In this document: one piece after another, positions 6,842 to 16,115 of the stretch
Position numbering within the stretch: position 1 is the stretch's first letter
Layout: each line of letters opens with the position of its first letter
DNA from: Pseudodesulfovibrio mercurii
Lineage (GTDB): Bacteria; Desulfobacterota; Desulfovibrionia; Desulfovibrionales; Desulfovibrionaceae
NCBI RefSeq assembly: GCF_000189295.2
Contig: NC_016803.1
Coordinates: forward strand, 1,650,001 to 1,682,000
DNA: 32,000 bases
Direction of reading: 5' to 3'
Made by a program: the position numbers and the translations under genes
Notes under the pieces: generated by a model
Told to the model about the DNA's origin: nothing
Database searches by the model: none
What the model saw: only the letters and a program-made list of their open reading frames with translations

Positions 6842-7915
6842 TTAAGGGGTCATAACCTCAAAAATCCCTGCCCTCTGGCAGCCTTCGAGAAAAGCCAATT
6901 TGAGAAAGTTACTGTTGGCAACCGGAGACTTTGCCGTTTGTTGTTTGATGTCATTTATCGAGTCGGCAGGAACAATTCCACGGTCTTGCATAATACGAAC
7001 TTGCTCCAACCAGTCCTTGGCATCACTACCGCAACATTTTGCCTTGTAACGCTCTTCGATGCCGTACATTTCTTTCCAGGTTTCAATCTCCTCATGGATG
7101 GCAGCTGGGCCGAACGTGAGTTGAATGTCGGTGGACATCAGACGATCAATATCTGGGCTGTGTAGATCGACAGCAATCTCAATTCGGTGACCACCCGTCG
7201 CATAGGGGTAAAAAGACTTACGTCGCCCGACCGTATTGTATGCAGGGTCTTTGCTGAGTTTATAGGTGCTGTTGCATTCGTTACAGGCCGGGGCCAAGTT
7301 ATGAAAATTGATAGAATTGAATGGATATAGAGCCTTGGGGAAATAGTGATCGTAAGCCTCACGCCTGGTGTGGTGCATGCCTTTTATATCACCGAGGCCA
7401 CAAAAAGGACATTTCCCGGTAGTATTAGCGTGAATAAAAGCCTTATAGTGGTCATCAATATCGCCGATTTTTTCCCGTAGCGCCACAAGTCCAAGCAAGC
7501 CCTGAGAATAAAGTCCCTTAAAAAAAGAAGCCAATTGCTCGCCCAGGATGGGATGGATGACAGAAATATCTGCATAGCGAACGATCTGGACAGCAGGGGC
7601 ATTGGCACATATTTTTTCGATGTCGTTGTTGGCCTGATACCACTGTTTCAGATGGCTAATCTGGGGTGATGTCAAATCAGCAAAAAGTTCATAAATTAAT
7701 TTGATATCACTATAGAATTGTTTACCCCGCTCGGGGGCCCTTGCGGCAAAGCCGAAAGAGGAGAGAACTTCTCTTAAGTCTGGCTTATCGTCAAACAGGT
7801 CAAGACTGAAATCCAATCCAATTGGTGCTTTACACCACACTTCGGAAAAAATGTAATCGATGAATTCTTGCATTTTTTCCATCGCATGGGGGACATAGGT
7901 GTAGGCGAACAGCAT
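6842..7915 (-). CDS. HNH/Zn-finger nuclease-domain protein (PtuB-like), last gene of the hsd operon
   Basis: 'GKCPFCG...HHTRREAYDHYFPKALYPFNSINFHNLAPACNECNSTYK' gives CxxC...DH...N...CxxC. I do not recognise the 170-aa N-terminal region or the 130-aa C-terminal region. The start overlaps the ATPase stop (TAATG). Confidence 0.65.
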   Translation of the reverse strand: MLFAYTYVPHAMEKMQEFIDYIFSEVWCKAPIGLDFSLDLFDDKPDLREVLSSFGFAARAPERGKQFYSDIKLIYELFADLTSPQISHLKQWYQANNDIEKICANAPAVQIVRYADISVIHPILGEQLASFFKGLYSQGLLGLVALREKIGDIDDHYKAFIHANTTGKCPFCGLGDIKGMHHTRREAYDHYFPKALYPFNSINFHNLAPACNECNSTYKLSKDPAYNTVGRRKSFYPYATGGHRIEIAVDLHSPDIDRLMSTDIQLTFGPAAIHEEIETWKEMYGIEERYKAKCCGSDAKDWLEQVRIMQDRGIVPADSINDIKQQTAKSPVANSNFLKLAFLEGCQRAGIFEVMTP

Positions 7916-9756
7916 TAACTCTGTCCTTCCATACTGTCGAGAATGGTCTTGATGAGCAGAACTTTTTCTACCGAATCGCCTAGTTGGCGATTGATCTCCG
8001 CAATTACCTGATCTTTATCCTCACCTTCTTCAAACCGGCGGCGGAGGGCGTCTAGCTGCGACTGAGCATGACCGCCAATGGTCTCACGTTTGTCAAAGGT
8101 AGCCATGGTGATCTTGTTGATGGACGAACCCAAGGTATTGTAGTCGGGACGGATCACGGAAACTATCCCATTGGTCTTATTGAATACCAACACCTTGTCT
8201 GGGCTACTGTCTGAGATCAAAAACGGTGTGTGAGTGGTAATCAGCATCTCGTGGTTATCGCCAGCCCCCTTAAAACAGTCGTGTAGCCGGGATATAAAAC
8301 TTGAACGCCAGTTCGGGTTAAAGTGCGTTTCCGGCTCATCAAGCAAAAAGAGGCTTTGGGTATTCTTAAACAACAAACAAAGGCCAAGGCTATGCAACAA
8401 TTGGTGTTCACCGTCAGATAGGGACTTAAGAAGAACGGGCTCTTCCACTCCTTCCTTCTTGAGCCAAAAATCTTTAAAACGGACAATACGTTCATCTGAC
8501 GCCAACGTTGGGACGGTTTCCGAAACATACAGGCTGTCTGATTGATAAAGATCCGACTTGAGAGTGTCGCTTACCGAGAAAAGATTAAGCATCAAAAGGA
8601 CTTGAAACGCCTGAAAAAGGGCTATGGGAGACTTGTTAACCTCAAAGTCAAAATTATTAGAAAAAGCCTGCTTTGTTTCTTCTGTAACGTAATAGTCCAG
8701 ATAAAGTGAATCTGTTGCTTCGTCTTCATATGAACACGTTGCACAGCGCTTCAATCGACTAATCAGCTTATCTGATTCTTCTTCACCTTCGAGCAATTCT
8801 ATTAAATTTGCTCTGTATGTTGATCTAGACTCATCTCCTGTTTCTGTTATCTCGATTGCAGGATGGTTTAGCCCGACCTCTTGCATCTTCCGAGGTCTTG
8901 GATTTTCGCCTCGACTAAATCCAAGCGCCTGGTCCAGGCTGACCTCGATACTTAGACGAATAATAATACGAAATTTTATTATTTCTTCAATTCCGACATC
9001 TTCACGAAACGGCTTGAGGGTCTCCCGATCATGATAGAGTAAATTACAAAGTAAAATTGCTTGGCTGAAGTTGCTATCTAGGTAAGCCAGGCGTGATTCC
9101 GGACGGCCGGGATAGTCTAATTGGTTTTGAAGTGCGTCCCAATATTCGTCGAACTGAACAAAGCGCATCTTAAAAAATGGCAGGCTGAGGATTTCATTTT
9201 CCCCAGACGAATAACCCAGTACAAATTCGGGTAGAATTTTACGAATTTTTTGTCCGTCAATCAGCTCTTCTTGTTCTCCGGTTTTGAGGTCGGTTTGGGT
9301 GACCACGGGATGTTTCCCCAGTTCTTTGGATATATGTATCTCCACCGGGCGTATACGATCTCGGAATTCTGTTACTCCGGCTAATGTTCTGCCAGCCTGA
9401 GCGACTCCTGCGGATGCAGGGGTATAGTAATTCTTGTCTATCAGATTAAATCTATATGTAAGTTCAAAAGCATCTGGCGTAGACACTGACCCTTGAAATC
9501 CATTGGGGTTTGCCTCTTCGTCATAAACAAAGCTATCTGGCTTATTTGCCAAATAAATACATTCCATATGATAAAAAATCGCCGCAAGCACTTCCAGCAG
9601 ATTTGATTTGCCACTGCCATTGGGCCCCGCACAGACAAAAGGAGCGAATCCTTGCTCCTCCTCCAAATCCCATTCGCTACGAAAGCGGTATTCGAATCCC
9701 GTCTGAAGGCTGCGAAACCCTTTGGGATCAGTGATCTTGATATAAAGCAACTTCAT
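7915..9756 (-). CDS. ABC/SMC-type AAA ATPase (PtuA-like; 'restriction system-associated AAA ATPase' type)
   Basis: Walker A 'GPNGSGKS', signature-like 'LSDGEHQLL', Walker B 'LFLLDEPETHFNP', H-loop 'TTHTP'. It starts 11 nt after the hsdS stop. Confidence 0.75.
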   Translation of the reverse strand: MKLLYIKITDPKGFRSLQTGFEYRFRSEWDLEEEQGFAPFVCAGPNGSGKSNLLEVLAAIFYHMECIYLANKPDSFVYDEEANPNGFQGSVSTPDAFELTYRFNLIDKNYYTPASAGVAQAGRTLAGVTEFRDRIRPVEIHISKELGKHPVVTQTDLKTGEQEELIDGQKIRKILPEFVLGYSSGENEILSLPFFKMRFVQFDEYWDALQNQLDYPGRPESRLAYLDSNFSQAILLCNLLYHDRETLKPFREDVGIEEIIKFRIIIRLSIEVSLDQALGFSRGENPRPRKMQEVGLNHPAIEITETGDESRSTYRANLIELLEGEEESDKLISRLKRCATCSYEDEATDSLYLDYYVTEETKQAFSNNFDFEVNKSPIALFQAFQVLLMLNLFSVSDTLKSDLYQSDSLYVSETVPTLASDERIVRFKDFWLKKEGVEEPVLLKSLSDGEHQLLHSLGLCLLFKNTQSLFLLDEPETHFNPNWRSSFISRLHDCFKGAGDNHEMLITTHTPFLISDSSPDKVLVFNKTNGIVSVIRPDYNTLGSSINKITMATFDKRETIGGHAQSQLDALRRRFEEGEDKDQVIAEINRQLGDSVEKVLLIKTILDSMEGQS

Positions 9757-9767
9757 GGTGTTCAGCG

Positions 9768-11366
9768 TTAGGCGGGAGCCACTTGCAAAGAATTAATTCC
9801 AGTAGCGAAAGCCTGAATCAAGGTGCCGTTTTCTATAAGTTTAAAAATCATGTCCTTCAGGCTGTCGTAGTCTGCAATAGTTATTTTGGGCTCCCCATCT
9901 CGTCCCCAATCTTCAAACAACCCATCATGATCCAACTCAATCATCTTGTTCAGAACTTTCTCCAGAAATAGTTGAGCAGAAAAAGTCTCACCAACCCTCA
10001 TCTGCCCGATGCATTCTTTTAACCACTGCTCAATGGTCGGCTTGCGCCCATCGGGCGTCGCCAACTCCAGTAATGCTTCAATGTCTGGAGTCGAAAGTTC
10101 CAGAGACCTAATGGCTGTATTGTCTTCTTGTATCTCCTGAGGTTGATACTCTTCGGCCATAGCATCTTGTTGCTCATCGGGCAGAACAATTCGAGACAAA
10201 TCCAGTTCACCATTGAATGCCTTCTGGCTCAAGGCACCATAGAGGTATTCCATATCGGCCAGGCTTTGCTGATAGCGAGATTTGAGGTCTTCGACCTTTT
10301 CAACGATTGTGGCGAACCTTTCTCGATCTTTGTCCAGAGGACAGATAACGGGCAAAGGGCGTAATGTCTCAATATTAATGTTTGCCCTTGCCGCTTCAGG
10401 CGCTCTAGCTCTGAGCACTGGTTTCCAGAAACGGAGCAAAAATTCTATGAAAACAGATTCTGTTTCTTTGGTTGCAGACTTTGGAGTAATGCCGATGACG
10501 GAGTCAGGGGCATAGGTGGGAATTTGAAGAATGGCTGTTTCGCCGATTGTCGCGCCAACAATTGCGATCACAATCGTGCCGACATCGAATTTTTTGCTGA
10601 CTTTGATGCCAAGCTCGTTAAGCGTCTGGGTATATTCTCGAAGCCGTCCGTTCGATCGACTTATGTCTCCAGTTTGAATAAATGGATAGGCCCCATTATA
10701 AAATTTCGGGTCATTCCGTGGGCGTGGCGAGAACCGACCTCGCTCAATTGTTGCTAGTTCTCCAAGTAATTCCGTCTCCCACCCCATCTCATTCCTCACG
10801 GGATCGCCGAACATCTTCAGAAACACGCTTTTGAGCAGGTCGTCGAGTTGTTGCAGGTGTTGCTTGCGCCGGGCGATCAGTCCTTCTACTTTGCCGAGCA
10901 GATGGGCAATACGCTTTTGGTCGTCGAACGAAGGGAATGGGATCTCTAACCCTAAGAAATCTACTTTGGAAAGGCTTCTTCTACGAGCGACAGCACCCTT
11001 CATCTTTGATGCGTAAATCTGGCGGGCCTGATTAGAACGCAAATATCTTTCAAGGTATGGTATAAAAGTATCATTTGGGGACTTAAGCTTCCAAATGTCA
11101 TATGCTGGGCTTACAATCCCAGCCGGATATTTTGTTTGGAACCCCAGAACCCCTTCGTCTATTGGGAAGCCAACAACTAGCTCATTTCGGTGAGCAATCC
11201 GATATTTGGTTGTGTCTCGACTTGCGACACGCTTTTTGAATTTTTCCGATTGGTCGACAAGCCCATCACTCATTGTGATTGAAAGAATTGGGAGATCCTG
11301 CTTACCGGCTCTATCGGTACCGGATTTATCTAGTAGTGCATCAAGTGTACGAAAGCCCCAGGTCAT
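9768..11366 (-). CDS. hsdS: Type I R-M specificity subunit HsdS with a non-canonical C-terminal extension of about 144 aa
   Basis: It has two target-recognition-domain/conserved-helix units: '...DDQKRIAHLLGKVEGLIARRKQHLQQLDDLLKSVFLKMFG' and '...RERFATIVEKVEDLKSRYQQSLADMEYLYGALSQKAFNGEL'. Its start has an ATGA overlap with hsdM. Confidence 0.85.
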   Translation of the reverse strand: MTWGFRTLDALLDKSGTDRAGKQDLPILSITMSDGLVDQSEKFKKRVASRDTTKYRIAHRNELVVGFPIDEGVLGFQTKYPAGIVSPAYDIWKLKSPNDTFIPYLERYLRSNQARQIYASKMKGAVARRRSLSKVDFLGLEIPFPSFDDQKRIAHLLGKVEGLIARRKQHLQQLDDLLKSVFLKMFGDPVRNEMGWETELLGELATIERGRFSPRPRNDPKFYNGAYPFIQTGDISRSNGRLREYTQTLNELGIKVSKKFDVGTIVIAIVGATIGETAILQIPTYAPDSVIGITPKSATKETESVFIEFLLRFWKPVLRARAPEAARANINIETLRPLPVICPLDKDRERFATIVEKVEDLKSRYQQSLADMEYLYGALSQKAFNGELDLSRIVLPDEQQDAMAEEYQPQEIQEDNTAIRSLELSTPDIEALLELATPDGRKPTIEQWLKECIGQMRVGETFSAQLFLEKVLNKMIELDHDGLFEDWGRDGEPKITIADYDSLKDMIFKLIENGTLIQAFATGINSLQVAPA

Positions 11367-13027
11367 CCAATCATCTCCCTCAGTCCCAGCAGTTCCCGAA
11401 CAATCCCACTTTTAACTTTGCCTAAGCTCTCGTCTTCCACCTCGCCGACTTCTTCCTTCAGAAGCCGCTTCAGAATTACCCCCGGCGCATCATACTTGAC
11501 CTCCTCAAACACCTCCTTCTTGTACCGCGACATAGAAAGGTCATAGCCGTTCTTTTCGTCTGCGATTTCAGCTCGCGGCACCATAAACCATTTCGCGGTG
11601 CGATCTATATCCTTCTCCGTATTCCGCTCATGGAACCGGGCGACGATATCCAGCAAATCCCCATATCCTTCCTGTTTGCTGCGCTTGTCGTCCAGGGAGT
11701 AGCCGTCGGCCTGCATCTCGTAGAACCAGACATGCTCCGTGGCCGCTTGCGTCACTTTTTCTTTCGGCCCCCATACCTTGGTAAAAAGCAGGATTGCGGT
11801 GCTGACCCCGGCATAGGGCTTGAACACGCCGCTTGGCATAGTGATCACAGCCTTGAGGTCGCAACGGTCCACCAATATCTCGCGCAGGGCCTTGAAGGCC
11901 TTGCCCGAGCCGAACAACACCCCCTGCGGAACGATGACGCAGGCAGTGCCACCTTTTTTCAGCAGACGATAAAAATTATCGACAAAAAGCAACTCGGTCT
12001 TGGTGGTGGCTACCGTGAGGTTCTCGTTAATATCGCCCTTGTCGATGCTGCCGGTAAAGGGCGGGTTGGCCATGACGATGTCGTATTCACCCTCCTCAAG
12101 ATAGCTCTTAGAGAGGGTGTCCTTGTAGTCGATGTTCGGCTCGTCGATGCCGTGCATCATCAGGTTCATTAGTCCCAGGCGCACCATGGTGACATCAATG
12201 TCGTAGCCGAAGAGCGAAGCTTGCAGGATGGCCTGAGCCTTTTCGGTGAGCCCCGCAGCCACCGAGGTACGGACAAAACCGTCTTCGTCGGGCTGTAGAT
12301 CCTTGGCCCCGGCCTTTTTCGCCAACTCCGTGACGATGTACTGGTAGGCCCCAAGCAGGAAGCCGCCGGAACCGCAGGCCGGATCGGCGATGCGATGGCC
12401 CAGTTGCGGACGCACCAAATCGGCCATCAGCTTGATGATGTGGCGTGGAGTGCGGAACTGGCCGTTTTTGCCCGCCGTGGCGATCTCGGAGAGAAGCATT
12501 TCGTAGACATCGCCCTGGATGTCCTGAAAGGCTTGGCCCTTCTCCTGCGAATCCTTCTCCATGATCTCGAAGATCTCGTCGATGGTCTTCACCGCCTCTA
12601 CCAACAGGGCAGGCTTGGGGATGATGAAGACAGCATTTTCCATGTGGCGGGTGAAGTTGGACGTTGCCCCGTTCATATCCTTAAGAAAAAGAAAGACCCT
12701 GGTCTGGACGTGCTGGAGCATCTCCTCGGCCTGCATATGTTTGAACTCGCGCCAGCGCAGGGTGTGCCTATCGACAGCGTACTTATCTTCGTCTTCTTTG
12801 CCTCGGAATTCAGGAGGAATCCACAACCCCTCAAATTTCGATGTATAGGGTTCGCCGGTCCATTCAGCATCAGCCTGTTTCTTCTGGTCCAAGTCGTCGA
12901 GGCGCTTCATGAATAGAAGGTAGGTGATCTGCTCAATGGCGGTGAGCGGGTTAGAAATGCCGCCAGCCCAAAACTTGTTCCAGAGCTGGCTGATCTTGCT
13001 TTTGAGTTCGGGATTATTTTGAAGCAC
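11363..13027 (-). CDS. hsdM: Type I R-M N6-adenine DNA methyltransferase subunit HsdM
   Basis: HsdM_N-like N-terminus ('LWNKFWAGGISNPLTAIEQITYLLFMKRLDD'), motif I 'DPACGSGGFL', motif IV 'VMANPPFTGS'. GTG start with 'AAGGA' 8 nt upstream. Confidence 0.9.
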   Translation of the reverse strand: MLQNNPELKSKISQLWNKFWAGGISNPLTAIEQITYLLFMKRLDDLDQKKQADAEWTGEPYTSKFEGLWIPPEFRGKEDEDKYAVDRHTLRWREFKHMQAEEMLQHVQTRVFLFLKDMNGATSNFTRHMENAVFIIPKPALLVEAVKTIDEIFEIMEKDSQEKGQAFQDIQGDVYEMLLSEIATAGKNGQFRTPRHIIKLMADLVRPQLGHRIADPACGSGGFLLGAYQYIVTELAKKAGAKDLQPDEDGFVRTSVAAGLTEKAQAILQASLFGYDIDVTMVRLGLMNLMMHGIDEPNIDYKDTLSKSYLEEGEYDIVMANPPFTGSIDKGDINENLTVATTKTELLFVDNFYRLLKKGGTACVIVPQGVLFGSGKAFKALREILVDRCDLKAVITMPSGVFKPYAGVSTAILLFTKVWGPKEKVTQAATEHVWFYEMQADGYSLDDKRSKQEGYGDLLDIVARFHERNTEKDIDRTAKWFMVPRAEIADEKNGYDLSMSRYKKEVFEEVKYDAPGVILKRLLKEEVGEVEDESLGKVKSGIVRELLGLREMIG

Positions 13028-13057
13028 GTAATGATTCCTTATGGGCTATCGCTTTTC

Positions 13058-15868
13058 CTAGGCCGCCAAACGTTCGGTTAGTTGCAGTATTTCGTTAATT
13101 TCTGCCGGACCAAAGACACCTCGAATACCTTGCGGATGGATCACCGTAAAGGGAGCATTGATGAGGTCTCTTTTTTCGACCTTCTCGCGTTCGATGATGA
13201 ACCCCTTAAGCAGATTCAGGAATTCCAACTGGCGGCTGGAAAGGTTGCTGTGCTGACCGATGAACTGATCAAACGCCTCGCTAACCGTCTCGGGGAAGCT
13301 TCTGAGAACCTCTATCCCAAGAATATGGCGAATGAACTGGATGAAATGTGCTTTGCGATTCTTGTAGACCTGGCGCAGGAGGTCTTCGGTGATGTGCGGA
13401 TGTTCGGCATGGAGCATTTCTGCCAAATCGGCAGCCTCTGCCGAAGAAACATTTTCGCCGTTTTTGATTTTTTGCAGGACGGGATTATGGTCAGTAAGTT
13501 CGGCAATCATCGTCTCGACCATTTCGCGGTAGCGGCTGATGCTGACCGATTCGTGCTGCGGGCCGAACTCTACCCGTTCTTTGTTGTGTAGCACGTCGGT
13601 TAGGTCGAGGTGCACAGGGCCCGGGCCAGTCTGCAACTCGCGAAACTTCATCAACGGGCCGAGGCGGGTGTTCAATTCGTCAAGAGCATCCTCCAGTGCG
13701 TTGACATCACTTACGGACCAATAATGGTTTGTCTGGGCAGCGCGAATCAACTGTTCTTCTGCTTTAACGAAGTTGACGGAAAGCGGCAGTTCGCTGATCT
13801 GCTCGATAAGCCCCTCCTTGAGGGTTTCAGCCTTTTCCTTTTCGTTGCTGAGCCTTGCGAGTGAATATTCTAGAACATCCCGCTCAAAGCGCATGGCCTT
13901 AAAGTCAGCCTCGGAAACGGTGCGGAAGAGCGGCTTGATCTCGGAGCGCAGGAATTCCAATCTCTGGCGGCTTAGCGTTATCCAGAAGTTCCCTTCATAC
14001 ACCCTGCCCAGACAGGCCGCCGCCTCCTTGATGACTACTGAATTTTGCGGCAACTGGCTGATTTGAAAACGCAGCTTGTCTATTTCGCGCTTGGCGATCT
14101 GTTCCTGTGCCAGGTCGAGGGCTTTTTCAATCTTATCAAGGCGCAACCCGACAAGCCGCACAGGCAGGGGCAGTTGAGGCTTGAGCTCCTTGCCCTTTGG
14201 CTGCAATTTGAAATATTCAAAGTTGTCCCAGCAGTCGAGAATTAGGAATACATCCTTTTCTAGGCACCAGGGCTTAGGTTTGCTGGTTTCCAGGAGACGG
14301 GTGCCACGCCCGATCATCTGCCAAAACTTGGTGTAGGAGTACACTGGCTTGGCAAAGACAAGATTGACTATTTCGCGAACGTCAATACCGGTGTCCAACA
14401 TATCGACGCTGATGGCGACCCGAGGCATGTCGCTGTTGGTGAATTGATCAAGCAGTCCGCCCTTGCCGTAGACACGGGGGTCATCGGAAACCAGAACCTT
14501 GGCCAACTCGCCTTTGTGCTCGGGGTAAAGCTTGTCGAAAATTTCTTCCATCCGTCGGGCATGGGCCTTGGAAGAGCAAAAGAAGATGGTCTTGCCGGGC
14601 AGCACACCGTTGTGGTCTTTGATGCACTCCTCCATGAATTCCCTGACAATTAGGGTGTTGGTCCCTTTGTTGATCACCTGCTTTTCCAGCTGTGATCCCT
14701 CGAAGTTGATCTCTTCGACTTCCTTCCCCTCCAGAAGCAGCTTTCTTTGATCCTCCAGCGAGATTGTGCGCTTACTGATGCCTTCCATCTGGAAGCGGGT
14801 CTGGATTTTCATTACCTGAAAGCTGCTCAGATAGGGCGGCACGCTGTTAACCGCCTCTTCAAAAGTGTAGGCAAAAGTGGGGAGGCCCTCTTCGCAATGG
14901 AAGAGCTGAAAGGTGTTGTGGTCAATGATGTCTGTGGGCGTGGCCGTCAGGCCCAGGGTGATTGTCTTGAAGAAGTCCAACACCTCTTTATAGGTGTTGT
15001 AAATGGAGCGGTGGCTTTCATCGACCACTATGAAATCAAAGAAGTGCGGTGATAGGTTCTGCGACTCGTCCCGAATAATGTTGAGCATGGTGGGGTAGGT
15101 CGAAATGTAGATACGGCGGTCTTTGGCGAGGAGCTTTTCGCCTACGTTGGGCCAGCGCGGCTCGTTGGGCAGGTGTTCCTTAAAAGCGGCCAACGCCTGC
15201 TCACGCAATGCGGTACGGTCAACCAAGAACAACACTCTTTCAGCGTGCCCGGCCCGCATCAGGGCATCAATCGTCGCTATGCAGGTTCGAGTCTTGCCGG
15301 TACCGGTCGCCATAACTAGCAAAAAGTCACGTTTTTTTTGTTCGATGCCTTCAAGAACGGCACGTATGGCCCGGATTTGATAATCTCGTCCGGCAATGGC
15401 GGTATTGATGAGTTCTTGGGTCAGCGGCTTACGATTACGACGGATGTACTGAAACCGCTCCAAATCATCTCGCGTTGGAAAGCCTACAACCTTGCGAGGT
15501 GGATAGTTGTCCAGATCCCAAAAATAGATGTCATGCCCGTTAGTGTAGAAACAGAATGGGAGTTCTCCACCCAGTTGCTTTTGGATATTAATGCAATATT
15601 GCTTAGCCTGCTCTCGACCTATTGCTGCATCTTTGCTGGATTTCTTGGCCTCAACAACCGCCATGGGTTTGCGGTCTTTGCCAAGCAAGACATAGTCGCT
15701 GAACTGGTGACCTTCATAGAGTGTACGAGGCTCAGCGACACCTTCTGGAAGAGAGGTTAAAATATCAAATTCTTCTATTACCTGACCTGGATCTTTGACA
15801 TTCCAGCCAGCGTCAGCCAAACGATTGTCAATCAGCTCCGAACGAGTTTGGGCCTCAGTCTTGGTCAT
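13058..15868 (-). CDS. hsdR: Type I restriction endonuclease subunit HsdR (EcoEI-type C-terminal domain)
   Basis: N-terminal 'TEAQTRSELIDNRLADAGWNV' nuclease region. Helicase motifs 'VMATGTGKTRT' and 'FIVVDESHRS'. The C-terminus 'SSRQLEFLNLLKGFIIEREKV...FTVIHPQGIRGVFG' is EcoEI_R_C-like (family named from memory). Confidence 0.9.
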   Translation of the reverse strand: MTKTEAQTRSELIDNRLADAGWNVKDPGQVIEEFDILTSLPEGVAEPRTLYEGHQFSDYVLLGKDRKPMAVVEAKKSSKDAAIGREQAKQYCINIQKQLGGELPFCFYTNGHDIYFWDLDNYPPRKVVGFPTRDDLERFQYIRRNRKPLTQELINTAIAGRDYQIRAIRAVLEGIEQKKRDFLLVMATGTGKTRTCIATIDALMRAGHAERVLFLVDRTALREQALAAFKEHLPNEPRWPNVGEKLLAKDRRIYISTYPTMLNIIRDESQNLSPHFFDFIVVDESHRSIYNTYKEVLDFFKTITLGLTATPTDIIDHNTFQLFHCEEGLPTFAYTFEEAVNSVPPYLSSFQVMKIQTRFQMEGISKRTISLEDQRKLLLEGKEVEEINFEGSQLEKQVINKGTNTLIVREFMEECIKDHNGVLPGKTIFFCSSKAHARRMEEIFDKLYPEHKGELAKVLVSDDPRVYGKGGLLDQFTNSDMPRVAISVDMLDTGIDVREIVNLVFAKPVYSYTKFWQMIGRGTRLLETSKPKPWCLEKDVFLILDCWDNFEYFKLQPKGKELKPQLPLPVRLVGLRLDKIEKALDLAQEQIAKREIDKLRFQISQLPQNSVVIKEAAACLGRVYEGNFWITLSRQRLEFLRSEIKPLFRTVSEADFKAMRFERDVLEYSLARLSNEKEKAETLKEGLIEQISELPLSVNFVKAEEQLIRAAQTNHYWSVSDVNALEDALDELNTRLGPLMKFRELQTGPGPVHLDLTDVLHNKERVEFGPQHESVSISRYREMVETMIAELTDHNPVLQKIKNGENVSSAEAADLAEMLHAEHPHITEDLLRQVYKNRKAHFIQFIRHILGIEVLRSFPETVSEAFDQFIGQHSNLSSRQLEFLNLLKGFIIEREKVEKRDLINAPFTVIHPQGIRGVFGPAEINEILQLTERLAA

Positions 15869-16115
15869 GTCTCAACTGTTCCTGTGTGTTTAACCCTTGT
15901 CCGAGGGCTTCAAATCGAAAATGAATCTATGATTCTTATTCAACTATTGGTAATCATATAACAGGAGGCCCCTCCAGAGAAAAGTTAAAAGACATCATTC
16001 AACAAGGAATACACAGTCCCTTGTTTTCATAAAAACACATGTTCTAACTCTATCCCCAAAAGCCACTTCTCGGTTGATATGAGCGGCTCTAATTTCTGTC
16101 TATCTTTGACAACTT

